This document shows positions 27,030-39,450 of a stretch of DNA of 64,000 nucleotides, piece by piece. The stretch is taken from positions 110,114,001 through 110,178,000 of the forward strand of contig NC_087436.1 in assembly GCF_036321535.1 (NCBI RefSeq), read 5' to 3'. The DNA comes from Camelus dromedarius. Its lineage: Eukaryota. Below the pieces are notes generated by a model. That model was not told the DNA's origin. It did no database searches and was given only the letters and a program-made list of their open reading frames with translations. Made by a program: the position numbers and the translations under genes. Each line of letters starts with the position of its first letter. Within the stretch, counting starts at the first letter, position 1.

Positions 27030-27613
27030 AAGAATTAGGATTGTTCCGACTGCACATGTTAGAAATATAACTCAAAAGAGTTTAAACAAAAACAGAAAAT
27101 GTAGTGTCTCAAGTTATTTCAGACACAAATGGATCCAAGAACTTAAATAAAATAACTGGATTTCTCTTTATCTCTCACGTCTTCTCTCTCTGTGTATCAC
27201 TCACTCCCCAAGCACCCATTTCTCTGGCTTTCAGCTCTGCTCTCGGAGACAGTCTCATTCTCCAGCACACTTTCTCCACGTGTTGGCAAAGGCGGGGCCC
27301 TACAGCACAGGTCTGCACAGCTCTTACTAGTGCTGATTCCTAGGAAAATGTGCATCTCATTCCTGAAAGTTTCAGTAAAACCCTAAGAATTGTTAACGTT
27401 TACCTTTTTGGCTCTTTTCCCATCTCTAGATCAGTTCCTGTTCCTGGGAATGAAATAAAATGACCCACTGGCCTGAGTCCTGTGCCCATCCCCATTTAAA
27501 CCCCAGAGACCGCAAAGACAGCAAAAGTGGTCCCCGAAAGAAAATCAGAATGCCATCTCCAAAGAACATGAAAGCAATGTCAGGCAGGAAAGAAACAACA
27601 GATGTCCACTACA
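27030..27613 (-). mobile_element. Old MaLR LTR (MLT1K-like)
   Basis: Ends caggcaggaaagaaacaacagatgtccactaca, the reverse complement of an MLT1K-type start. Confidence 0.7.
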
Positions 27614-27989
27614 AGCAAATTAAGACATTTTCCTAAAGTATGTTGTTTTTATATCTATTGCCAGTTGAACCGCACAAGAAATATACAATGCTTGCTAGGA
27701 AAGAAGACAAAAATCATTAATTTTTAAACTATTAGTTAATTTATGCCTTTTAAAATACAGTTAGGTGTTACTACTAGTTTGCTGTGTATACATATATGAA
27801 TTTTTTTACGTATTTGGTGAAAATTGTGAATATAGGGGTCTTCTTTATAAAGTAATCATATTTGAATGAAGTTAATTTTTAATCACAGCCTATCATTTAA
27901 AAAATATATTAAGGCATGTGAAATGAAAAATAATTATGCATAGCTCTACTACTCAAAACATTTTGGTATCTTTTTTTTTTCTCTGTTCT

Positions 27990-28340
27990 CTCTTATTTCA
28001 AGTTTGTGGTTATTTGGAGGTTTTTAACATTTAAGTTTTTATTAAGTGCTATATATAATTTTATAGCTTAGTTTCTTCATTTAACACTACAGTATGAGCA
28101 TTCTAATTCTTGTTATAAACTTCATAAGAAGAATTTTAATAGATAATTAAAATCCACCCCCAAAACACATCCTTACTTCTATATTTGAAAATTTACATTG
28201 CTTTAAAAGTTTTATGGTTATAAATAGTGCTGCCATTAATATTTTCTTGCCAAACTTTGTTTTCTGAATTTCAGATTATTTTCTTAAGAAAATTTCCTGG
28301 AAACGGGATTCCTAGATAAAGGTTTACAAATACGTTGGCT
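27990..28340 (-). mobile_element. Ancient L1 (L1ME-like) 3' fragment
   Basis: ttcttcatttaacactacagtatgagcatt...ttataaatagtgctgccattaatatt...aatttcctggaaacgggattcctagataaagg. Confidence 0.55.
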
Positions 28341-28439
28341 GAAGATTGTCTTTGCTTTTTATCTAGTTTTCCTTTGATTTGATGATGCTCTTGAAACATA
28401 TCTCAAATATTAACTTTAAAAAATATTGGAACATTAAGC

Positions 28440-28750
28440 TTCATATTTATTTAACAAATACTTTTGGAGCACATATTAGGTGTCGTATAGTGCAATGGAG
28501 GGCTATGTAATCCAACCTTAGGGAGAAAAAAAAAAGACTTCTAAAAAGAAATGATGCATAAACTGAAAATGAATAGGAGTCAGGAGAAGACTTAAGTACA
28601 AAAAGATAATATTTGAGGAAAAATGCATCTCACTTGAAGGAAATAAAATGCATTTATGCTTGGGAAATGGCACACATTACAGTGCAGCCGAAGACAGAAG
28701 ACTAGCAGGTGACAGAGGCCAGAGTTCACAAAGCTCACCTGCAGGGACTA
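28440..28750 (-). mobile_element. L2 fragment
   Basis: tttatttaacaaatacttttggagcacatattaggtg, then purine-rich L2-like body. Confidence 0.5.
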
Positions 28751-29539
28751 AGAGGGACTTAGAGGAGATCCCTACCTGGTGCCTCTTCTCTATTGTCTCA
28801 CATCACATAATCTATCTGATTGTTGCCCTTAGTTTGGTGAACTTCTCTGCTTGATAAAAAATCTGAAAAATGATGTTGTCTTATAGCACGGGGATGGGTT
28901 GAAAAGGAGGGGGAAGGGTGTAGAGACTTTGATCAATGCAGTTCAGAGTCTGATGTAGGAGTATGAAAGGGGAGGCATCGCTGATCTAGGCCTTTTTCTT
29001 CCCCACCACGTGTCATGTGATGAATTTCCTTCAGTAAATGGTCGTTAAAGACTGGCTTGCTTTCAGCCAACATAGTTTAAGGAGCATGTGTATATTTCCT
29101 AGAAAGTACACAAGAGTTGGGTAAATATAGTAGACTTTGTTATTGTACCCTGTGCCCATTTCAAATTTGAGATTGCAAAGAGACAAATTCCACCCATCAA
29201 AAAATATATTATTACCCAATAATGTCTACATGGAGAAACTGAAGTCTATAAGCCCTGCTTACATTTCAGTTTCAATTTCCTATTGGGTTGGCTTATTCTG
29301 GCCTCATCGACCTCCGGATGTATTTTCCCCAAGCTTCCCCTTAAAGACAGTGACACTGGACACAGGCAGATACATGTAAATGAGTGTAGCCTGCATATCT
29401 GATGCCCCTGACTCACCTGCTGGAAAGCCCAGACCATTTTTTTTTTTTTTTTAAACCCTTAGTGAGGAAGTTGTAAAAGCAAAATAGTGGTCCAGGGGAT
29501 GAGGAATGGATTTTTTTTTTTTTTTCCGGAGATCTAGGT

Positions 29540-29740
29540 CTTTTTTTCTGTCTTTTTCCACAACTCATTTGAGAACTTAATTGAATCACTTTCCTGTCAC
29601 AATCTCCCCTGTCTGTGAAATAAGAATAATTATTGCTGCTCTTTCCTTTGCCCTTTGGTAACTTCACAGGGGTGTTCAGAGATGTTATGAAGATGAATAA
29701 GCCCAATGCTTGTAGAGTTCTTTGAGACTCCCATAAGGGA
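29540..29740 (+). mobile_element. MIR SINE
   Basis: tcacaatctcccctgtctgtgaaataagaataatt...acttcacaggggtgttcagagat. Confidence 0.5.
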
Positions 29741-31239
29741 GAGAGCAGCAAATTAAAATCCATTGCTCTGAGAGCAGGAGGGAGTGGACACCGAGGCGAG
29801 TAAGCAGAGCCCTGACAACCCCCAGCTCTGGCTCTTTTATGAGTGCTGTGTATGTGGAAGGTGGGGAGAGTACAGATTTCTTCCTGTGCCTGGCAGTATC
29901 AGCCCTGGCCTAGAGACCGGGGGACATCTGCCTCATATTCCAACATCCCTTCCTGCACAGAATCAGATCAGCTGGTCTGGCAGTCTTTGCTCAATATAAG
30001 AAGAAAAGAGAAGGCAGAATCAGTTCTACCTACCCCTTTTAAGAAGAAACTCTACTTATATGTCATTGTCCTGAATTATACCATAATTACCATTTGCTGC
30101 AAGTATGAATGAAATGAGAATTATTTTTATTAAAGAAACTGGGTGAATAAATATAGGTTGGGTAAATGGAAAGTGCCTGGCACAGTTCTCCCTTACAGAA
30201 TTGCAAATGTTTTTAGAGGACTTGTCAGCTTCTAGATGAGGGGTACAAGCCATTAACCTTCCTGAGTGGCAGCGATTCACGCATAAAACAGGGAGAGAAA
30301 TAGATTGCGACCATCCATAAGGTAATGGTTAAGCTAGAATAAGAAGACTGATGTGAAAATTATTTATAAACTATAAAATGACTAAAAAGTAACTTGATTT
30401 TTTTTTCTGATGATGATAATTCAAGTGAGTTAGCATTGGAAATGCCAGAAAAATAGTGCTAATACTTCAATAATGGCTTCTAAAAATTTATGCCAAATAC
30501 ATGATTAATTGGCATTCAGCAAGGCCAGGGACCTACCTATTTGTAAGCCTTGCCCTGGGGAGAAGAAATCCTGGACACAGGGTGTAATAGAGACATTGTA
30601 TGCTCATGAGAACCCACTGCCCCTTCTACCCCCAGGTAGACATGTAGTCCACATCTCCCAGCTTGCTTTATGTCTTCTTCCTGAGCAGAACTGATGGACG
30701 TCACTCACCAGCCTGACCCTTGAAATCGTCATGCTCTCTTTCACCATTCCCAGGCTGAACAGAGTAAGATTTAAAGGGTACAGGGGTACAGGATAAAAGA
30801 GCTTGGATTTCTAAAAGACGGCATGAAACGGAGCCCTTAAAGACCTATATTACACTGTGCTGTGACAGATAAACTGTTATTGTGCAAAAATATATGTATC
30901 ACTTGATATTTAGGGGTATTTGCCATAACAATTGACTTTGTCTGGCTGAGGCACATGAGTGTACCAATGGTGAGGCACTGATTGCCTCCCAGGGTGCAGG
31001 AAATGGGGAATGACGCATTATCTCTCCAGAACTGAAAAACAGTAATACTAGAAAGCAGCTTCCTTTTTATTATCAGCATACACTGACAAATCTAAACAAT
31101 ATCAGGGATGAAATGTCCCTTCTCAAGTGCTCGAAGGGGACTGTACAGACACAAAGGAGGGGAACATAGGAGACAAAAGAGACTGCTCTGTTCCCACTGT
31201 GTCCCTGCTTAGTGTGGCACTGTTACCGGAAGATAAAAC

Positions 31240-31430
31240 AAAACACAATACTAGGCTTGAGGGTAGAATTCACAGCTCTAAGTTTCCACGCTGTCACTTC
31301 AGAAATGGGGCTCTCCGATCCTTCCATCTGGGAAGGGGATTTCATACTAAACTCATTAACTCTTCTGAGGATCAAATGAGGCAACACTTGTTTAAAAATT
31401 AGTAAGTTTCATAGCTATCATTAAGAATGA
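31240..31430 (+). mobile_element. MIR SINE
   Basis: ctctaagtttccacgctgtcacttcagaaatgggg...ctgaggatcaaatgaggcaacacttgt. Confidence 0.5.
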
Positions 31431-31501
31431 ACTGTTACTTTATTTCAAAAATTGTGTTTCCTAGGTACAAAGTATTCTCTCCCTTATACACATGTAGTTT
31501 T

Positions 31502-31604
31502 TTTTTTGAAGTACAGTCAATTACAATGTGTCTATCTCTGCCATTAAAAAGAATAAAATGCAATTTGCAGCAACGTGGATGGACCTAGAGATCTTCATTC
31601 TAAG
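31502..31604 (-). mobile_element. Miniature 5'-inverted L1 insertion
   Basis: Antisense L1 terminus (31502-31540) joined to a sense L1 segment (31540-31606), with TSD tgtagtttt at 31493-31501 and 31605-31613. Confidence 0.8.
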
Positions 31605-31711
31605 TGTAGTTTTACTTTATGAAATAAACTACTTCTTTTTATATATATATTTTATATGCATTTATATATCTAGATAGTAGCAAGCAGACATAAAAGACTG
31701 AAATTCTGATT

Positions 31712-31818
31712 TTTTTTTTTTATTTCAGTTGAAGTACAGTTAATTACAATGTGTCAGTCTCTGGTGTGCAACACAATGTCCCAGTCATGCATATACATAC
31801 ATATATTCATTTTCATAT
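31712..31818 (-). mobile_element. Short camelid-like L1 3' terminus with TSD
   Basis: T tract plus ttgaagtacagttaattacaatgtgtcagtctctggtgtg, with TSD ctgaaattct(g/t)att at 31698-31711 and 31819-31832. Confidence 0.9.
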
Positions 31819-33789
31819 CTGAAATTCTTATTATAGACAGATATTGATGTCTTGAAGTACCATATTGTTTTGGGGGAGAAGTCTTTCACATTTCTTAAAA
31901 TTATGCCCAGAAGAAGATTAAAAGAAAATATTTCTAATACTCTTCTTACCTTTTTGTTACTTTTCTTCCCTCCATCTTTCTGCAGAGAATATTCCTTAAA
32001 CATATGCTGTATTAGATCCTGGTGTCTAGATGAATAAGGTATGACTTCTACTGTCACAGGGCCTGGAGTCTACAGAGACACCCATTTATGTAAAAAAGCA
32101 TTTGTCATAAGTATGGACAGGTGCTGTGGCAGATATGTGAATTTTATAAAGCAGTGTGTATTTATTTACTTTAACTTGAAAACTCAGATTTGATTGCTAA
32201 CTTTTGATTTTGCCAAATGCAGACACTGAGAAAATCCAATTACAGTTGCATTTTCATAAAATATAAAGCAATTTAATATCATGCTGTCAGAATAAAGTCA
32301 GATTCTTAAACTGATGTATGGGGCTTTATTAAAAAAAAATCACAGTTTTCCTCATTTTTTCTGGTTTTACCAGAGATTGTTGAACAATTCATTTCAGGGT
32401 ACAGGCCCTGGTTTTCAGGCTTTCATGGTGAAAAGCAGATCTTGGGGGACACACAGGAGAGGGCAGTCTGCTCCCAGGAGGATTCAGTCAGAGGATTCTA
32501 TGTGACTGTTGATCCCAGGAGTTGTAACCCTGGTGAAAGAGAATGAGTTCTAGGAGAGTCAGAGTGGAGTGTGAAGATGGTCAGGCAATTCTATTGACTG
32601 GACATTGTCCCAAGGCTGATCCACAAAAGCTGAAAGGGTATCTCCAGTTAGGCAGAGAATAGGAGGGCTGGAGGCAAAAGACACACAATACTACAGCACT
32701 GAAGATGCTCATTGCGAAGGAAGCATGGTGAGTGAGGGACTGAAGACTTAAGATCCCAGCAGAGGAAAGTGATGGGAACATGGTACTTGTCATCCTCCTT
32801 TCTGTATTATTTCTTTTCAAGATATTGTTTTCTGCTAAATTGAAGCTGATTGATGTGACATGTGAGATACAGGAATCCTCTTACGCTCTGATTGTAACAC
32901 CTTTAGACAAATTATAGTTGGTACCAAATGTGATATCAAACAAGAAAAAACAATGCAGTCTAAGCATTCTCAATATTAATTTGTGTGGGGTGGCCTTTTC
33001 CATCACATGCTGCAGAGAGGAAAAAGAAACATGATTCCAGAATTAAAGACGAGGCTCTGAAAGCAGCTACATAATGCAATTAATGTTTAGAAAGGAGACA
33101 GATACACTTTTAATATTAAAGGACTAAAAATTGTTATTGAGATTGTAGTCCTCATCTGAAAATTTTCTGTTGTTGTTATTTTAAGATATCAGGATTAGTA
33201 AGAAAGAAAGGCTAAGTTGTAACCCATGGACAAATCATCTCTTAGCCAGTTTTAATCCTCCATCATCGTGAGCTGGACTTCCTACCGCACCTTTCCTCAG
33301 CAGCATAAATCCTAAAAGAGGATTTCTCTGTGTAGGAGGATGAAGATTTTAGAACCATAAAAAGAAGGAAAGGTGAAAAGCCCCAGCTGAGGGACCAAAA
33401 AGAAGTAGAAATCAAGGGAAATGAGTAATTGAAAAAGAGGTTGGAAGTCAGACCTTGTAAAGGGATATCTTTATGGGGTTATACAGAGCCATGGCCAACA
33501 AAATCCTGCTTTTGTGCAGATACACACAGGAGTGAGTGTTCTGGACTTGAGGTAGCACATCCAACTTCTTTAACTTCCTCATGACCTTATTTTTGGGAAA
33601 TAAGACTCTTGAAATGCAAGAGAAAAGCTAACTGAAAGTTCTTTGGGTTTTCATGTGTGAGTTTGCCATTTGGAGAAAAGAAAATGGAAAACTGCTTACC
33701 CTAGTCCCACTACCACTGAAAACAGTGATGGGGTTAAGACAGTTCAGTAACAAAAATTAGGAGGCCACACTCCTTAGTTTTTATTTAAA

Positions 33790-34452
33790 TGACTGCAAAA
33801 CTTATACTCACACAGATGTTTCTGGCAGCTTTATTCAAAATTTCCAAAACTCAGAAGCAACCAAGATGCCTTTCAGTAGGTAAACGGATAAAAAAACTGT
33901 GGTACATCCAGACAATGGTTCAGTGCTAAAAAAGAAATGAGCTATCAAACTATGAAAAGACATTAAGGAAATTTAAATGACTATTACTAAAAAATTGAAG
34001 CCACGCTGAAAAGATTACATCCTGTATGGTTCCAATTACATGACATGGTGGAAACGGCAAAACTATAAAGATGGTAAAAAGTTCAGTGGTTGCCAGAAGT
34101 TGGGAGGGAGGGTAAGAGTAATGAATTAGTAGATTGCAAATGAGTTTTAAAGCAGTGAAACTACTCTGTGTGGCCCTAATATAGTAGCTACCTGCCATTT
34201 GGTATTTCTCAAAACCCATAGAATGCACCAAGAATGAACCCGAAGGTAAACTATAGACTTTGGGTGATAAAGCTATGTCAGTGTAGGTTCTTCATTTAAA
34301 AAAAAAAATACCACTTTGGTGAGGGATGTCAGTAGTGGAGAAGGCTGTACATATAAAAAATTAGGATTGTATGAGAAATCTCTGCACCTACCACCCAATT
34401 TTGCTATGAACTTAATCTGCCCTAAAAAAGAAAAAAGTTCTCTTTAAAAAAC
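33790..34452 (+). mobile_element. L1MC1/2-like 3' end
   Basis: gcagctttattc...aagcaaccaagatgcctttcagtaggtaaacggata...caaaacccatagaatg...gtaaactatagactttgggtgata. Confidence 0.85.
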
Positions 34453-34918
34453 TAAGGAAGCGAGGCTGAGAGCAATGGTTAAATAATCAGCAAGCCTGGC
34501 TCTGATTGTTAGTATCTAAAACACACTTTCAAAATTGGTGTGAGTTTTGAGTGGTATTTGGTAAATGTGCAGATGCAACACATTTGTCCTGATTTACTTG
34601 TTCCATGGACCTCTCTTGGTTGGGGAGGACATGAAGTCTCCAACATTTTTCTTGTGGATTTCTAAATCCAATAAGCACCTCTATAGTATAGGCTCCGTGC
34701 CTTTCTTTATAGGTACCATCACACATATGAAAGAAAGAAGGCATTGACCCTTGAGAAGTTACTGTATACTCTGTATACTGACTCCGTAAGCCCTGACATT
34801 GGACTAATGAGAAGCCTGAGAGCTGAAGAGGAAATTCAATGAATAAATCACCAGGCACTGGCGATGAGAAGAATCAACTCTTTCTGGGTGATGCTGACTA
34901 AAGACAGAGGAAGACATT

Positions 34919-35336
34919 TGCCAGTCAGAATAACACTTGTTTGAATAACAGGTAAACCCCTAAATATTTCTCAGTGACTTAAAAAAGATTTGTTTGGTTT
35001 TCCTGTCACAATATAAGGTGGGTACTTCTGGCCACATACAGAATTACCCTAGGACCAGCCCTTCTTCCATCTGCGGCTTTGTCTCCTTCTGGGATGACCC
35101 TCAATGGACTCTCCATTGATTTGGTGGCTGGGAAAAGACAGGCTCATGCACAGGATTATGGGAGGTTTGGACAGGACAGTTCTGAGAGTGCGGAACACTA
35201 GTCTTACTCAAATTTCATTGGCCAGAATTTACTCAGTGGCCACACTTTCCTGCAAGGGAGACTGAGAGAAGCAGACTAACTGTGCTTCCAGGAAAGGAAA
35301 GGAAATGAGTTTGACATACAATTGGTCTCTGCCACT
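34919..35336 (-). mobile_element. Old MaLR LTR (MLT1J/K-like)
   Basis: atttctcagtgactt...tttcattggccagaatttactcagtggccacact...ctgcaagggagactgagag...ggtctctgccac. Confidence 0.7.
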
Positions 35337-36369
35337 CAAGGAAATAAGGACAGTGAGTAAAACCTCAGTGGGTCACAGGAGATTTGTCTGTGAGCACTGG
35401 TGCGAGGGCTGGAGATTGTCTTGGAAAAGAGGGTCTGAGGTGGGTTCATGAGAAACAACACCAGAAGGACAGGGTGGACAAGGCACTTATGGTCAAATTG
35501 ATGAAATAAAGACTATGATGAAAAATTGTAACAGGTATAGAATAATAAAGCTGGTGCGGCTCAGATGAGTCTTTTTCCATATTTTACGGGAAGGGAGCAG
35601 CATATTTTAGAATGACCCAAGGAGACAAACGCATGTCTTAGGACAAAAAGAGACAACAATTAAGGAACTAGAGAAAATGAGCTAAGCATATACAGTTTGG
35701 GATTGAGCTACAGAGAATTTGGACTTTCATATAAAATCTCTCTCTCCACTGACCTATGCATATTGATTAAACGTGTATTTTGATAAACTCAGTAGATCAC
35801 CCTGTTCTCTAAGCTGCACCATTAGCTGCCTAGAACACAAACCTCCTCCTCAGCCTCAGGCATCCACCATCAGTGATACTGGCTGTGAATTATAATTCAG
35901 AGGCAGCTGACCTCTGGCTGCCTCTGGAATGACTTAGTGGCCTGACTCCTACTTATTCTGCTTCATCTGATCTTACACCTAAGATCTTTGAGCCAGATCT
36001 ATTTAAGTTTGGTTTGCTGTGGATACTCTTCAGAACTGATTGACCTGATAACTTCACAGGTATGAATGCTTTTGTTCGTTTTGCTTAGTGAGTCACCACC
36101 ACATACTAACAAATAGCATCATTGCACAGGTCGGCATGTTTGTGTTGGAAGACAACCCAGCGGTTTGACCTTGATGCCTCACAACAGCTATGGGTAAGAA
36201 CCATGTAATTTCCTTTTCGTGAAGATTGCCTGCCCCTACACTCAAAAACCGAAGAGCAAACAATAAGATATTAAATTTTAAGTGATTTCTGGAGGAGACA
36301 AATAGTCCAAGAACACCCATTTCATGCAATTAATTTCCCATATTGGAAGATCCAAACTGAGATGGCTCC

Positions 36370-36817
36370 CAGCACAGAATTTCTATCCTGGTTGGTAATG
36401 TTTTTATTTCTCTCTCTTCTTTTGGAAAACTCATTCTTCCCTCCCTAATTTGAAAATTATCCCACAGGAGCTGCCAGCCTCTTATGTGCTCTTACCAACC
36501 TGGCTTAAGTGATTGGTGTAGGGAAGTGTACAGAACTCATGATGGGCCAATCAAGGACCTACCGAACTTGCAGGCTCTCAAAGTGGAAAGGATGGATAGA
36601 GAATCTGAGTGGACAAAAGGAGAAAGACAACACAGCTTCTACTCATGAATGAGACTTCCGCTTTCCTAAGGTTTGGTTAATTGAGCTAAAAATTTCACTT
36701 ACCTTTTCTTTTTTAAAACTTTTATTTATCAGATAATTGTGTCTGCGTGTGTGTGTGTTCATGCAGTTTAGATTGAATTTGATCCAGATGACAACAATAG
36801 GAGTCCTGGTTAAGACA
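36370..36817 (+). mobile_element. Old MaLR LTR (MLT1K-like)
   Basis: aagtgattgg...gggccaatcaagg...ggagtcctggttaagaca end. Confidence 0.5.
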
Positions 36818-37936
36818 CCTGGGAAATTTATTTACAAGTGTTCATAGAAGAATGGTTCTGTTACATTTAACTCAGAAGTGGATTTTATTGAAAAGCATTG
36901 CAGATGCCAAACTGATCATGCATGGGAAATAAAGAGTACTCAGGGATAAGACAGAGAAGTTACCGATTATTCAAATTTCAGTTTCTCACTATTCCAGATG
37001 GGAGAATGCATCTATAACTTTGGTAGATATTCTCTAAAATAATTACTCTGAGTTATCTAGTGATTAAAATTTTGTTGATATATTCTTTATTATGATAAAC
37101 ATATACCCATGGACATTATTTGAACTGAGAAGAATAAAGTCCGTTTCAAGTTAGGCATATAAGGCAGAAGAAATCATCAATTCATTAAAAACGAAGTAAT
37201 TACCTTTTTTGGCATCCACTTTTTCTTAGTGGTATCTGAGCTCCAATATAAAATAGGAGAGGGGCTTGAGTTTGTTTCCAAAATGAAGTCAATCTACTAA
37301 ATGATATAAAAACCCTAAAATAATCTATTAAAAGTATGATCCAATTTATCTGGTAATTTGTAAAGATTAATCAGATTTGCTGTGAGACTGCTGGAGCCCA
37401 GAAGTTCTGACTCGCAGGTCTTCTGTGACCCCAGCACAGAGAACAGCAGAGTGCCCTGAAATTGTTCTCATCCCTAAAGCCCCAGGATGAAACACAGACA
37501 GCAACGCAAGTCCAAAACTGACTTGCCTTTTTAACATAAAACAGGCCTGCTTCTGTTGGGCCTTTTTAAACTACCCCTTCTTCCTGCAACACCCCAGAGA
37601 ATGAAACATCAAATACCAGTGAAAATAAAGGAGATACCTCAGGAGTAAACTCAAATATTCTCAAATCCTCCTCACTGAGACTCAAATACAACAGCATTTT
37701 GAATATTTGAAAGCAATTCACTAATGGGTTCCATATACAACCCTCTTGAAAAGACTGTTGGTATGGCTGTATACTTAAGATTCTCTAAGCATTTATAATA
37801 ACTTTTAGTTACATATAAACACTAAGAAATCCACTTAAAATATATAGCATTTCGGACTATTTGACATAGGGTAAAATACAGCTCTTCGTCTTTTTGATCT
37901 GTTCATTTCGTATTTCATTGTGAAGTGAAGCAGGTG

Positions 37937-38048
37937 ATACATACATATGTATGTATATATGTGTATGGATATGTGTATATATGTGTGTGTGTGTTCACAT
38001 ATATATACACACACTTACATATACACGTATTTGTGTATTTTTATATAT
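37937..38048. repeat. Degenerate TA/TG/CA dinucleotide repeat
   Basis: atacatacatatgtatgtatatatgtgt...atatatacacacac. Confidence 0.85.
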
Positions 38049-39245
38049 GCAGCAGTGATTATTTGGATAACTCTGTTGTTTTTAAGTTATAATTTTTGCT
38101 TTTTTGAAAGACAGTTTCTGTTTGAGGAGTGAATCTACTTGAAACTGTGGGAATACATCTTATAATATTAATGAGCCTAGACAATTTGAGGTCTCAAGCA
38201 ATCTCCGTGGAACCAGGCCAGGTATTATTTAGACATCTATTTTTACATTATACACCAGTAAATCAGGATTTAAAGGAAATCAAGGATAAAGAGAAAATGC
38301 CAAAAATACCAATTTATTTTGTAGGAGGACTCAAAATGTTAGATTTTGATTTTCCCATTTTCTTTTTTTAACAAATGGCTTTCTTTTTTTGTCAGGACTC
38401 CATCAGTAATTTTGGGTCTTCAGAATCCCGTTGAAAGACTCTAACCTTCTTTTCCTGTCTTATGCTCCCTCCACTCCCCTGTGAACCTCACACTGCAGAC
38501 AAACAAAACTGATATTTTTTTCTCATTCCGTTTCCCAGTGGGGCCAGATGGTCCTGGCCTCACAAACCAGCTGCCTCACCTGAAATTGTATGAGACTGGG
38601 CCTCTCTGACCTTCCGTTTTCTCATTTATAAGAGGCTAATAATCATAACACTTGCCTTCCAGCCTTATCAGGACACTTAATATTTGGAAAACACTTAGTA
38701 TTTAGAAGGCACATAAAGGACACCCTTTATAGTTTTGCTATTAATGCTTTCTACTTCTCCCTCTAGACTGTGATTTACGTGGGAACAAACAGTATCTTGT
38801 AAATCTTACATCTCCTGGGCCAAAAAAAATAAAATGTCTATTGTATAGAAAGTGCTCAAACTATGTTTGAGTAATTGAATAAATGTGTCTTTCTTCAATA
38901 TGAGTCACTCTCTTCCTTTCTCATAGCCCTTTACTGCCTTTTTATACAGTATCTACCTTGACAAGCCCAATTTATATTCCTCATTTTTCATAAGCATTTT
39001 ATGCCCTGGATCCTCCTTATACTTTATGCATCAGGATATCAATTTTGTATATATCTCTGAACATATCACATAGTTTAACCTCAATTATTTTGTACATTTT
39101 CTTCCCTTCGCATGTAAACATTCAATTTAATAAATACTTAATGATCATCTACTAAATGGCAGCTGTTATACAAAGTACTGTGGATTACACAACTTGGAAC
39201 AAATCAGACGTGTCTCACTCTTAATGGAATCATTTACTCTTCAAT

Positions 39246-39450
39246 AGTGGCGTGGGGGGTAAGGATGGGGGCAGTGGGACAGGTCTGCTCCAGTAGGGAC
39301 AAGTATTTCATTACTGCATCATTAAAAATTGCTGGCTCAGGGCAATAGTGAAAAGCACACTGATTTTCAGTAAGTTTTATTATAATGTTAAAATATCTAC
39401 AGATAATGCATAACTTTATTGCTTACATCCAGGATAGATGGCTCCTTAGC
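39246..39450 (-). mobile_element. hAT-Tip100 MITE (MER97-like)
   Basis: agtggcgt...ggggcagtgggacaggtctgctcc terminus and internal ttttcagtaagttttattataatgttaaaatatctacagataatgca. Family assignment is uncertain. Confidence 0.55.

Noticed and set aside
32395..32770. Purine-rich block that may be an old ERVL-type LTR
   Set aside because: Too degraded to assign or orient with confidence.
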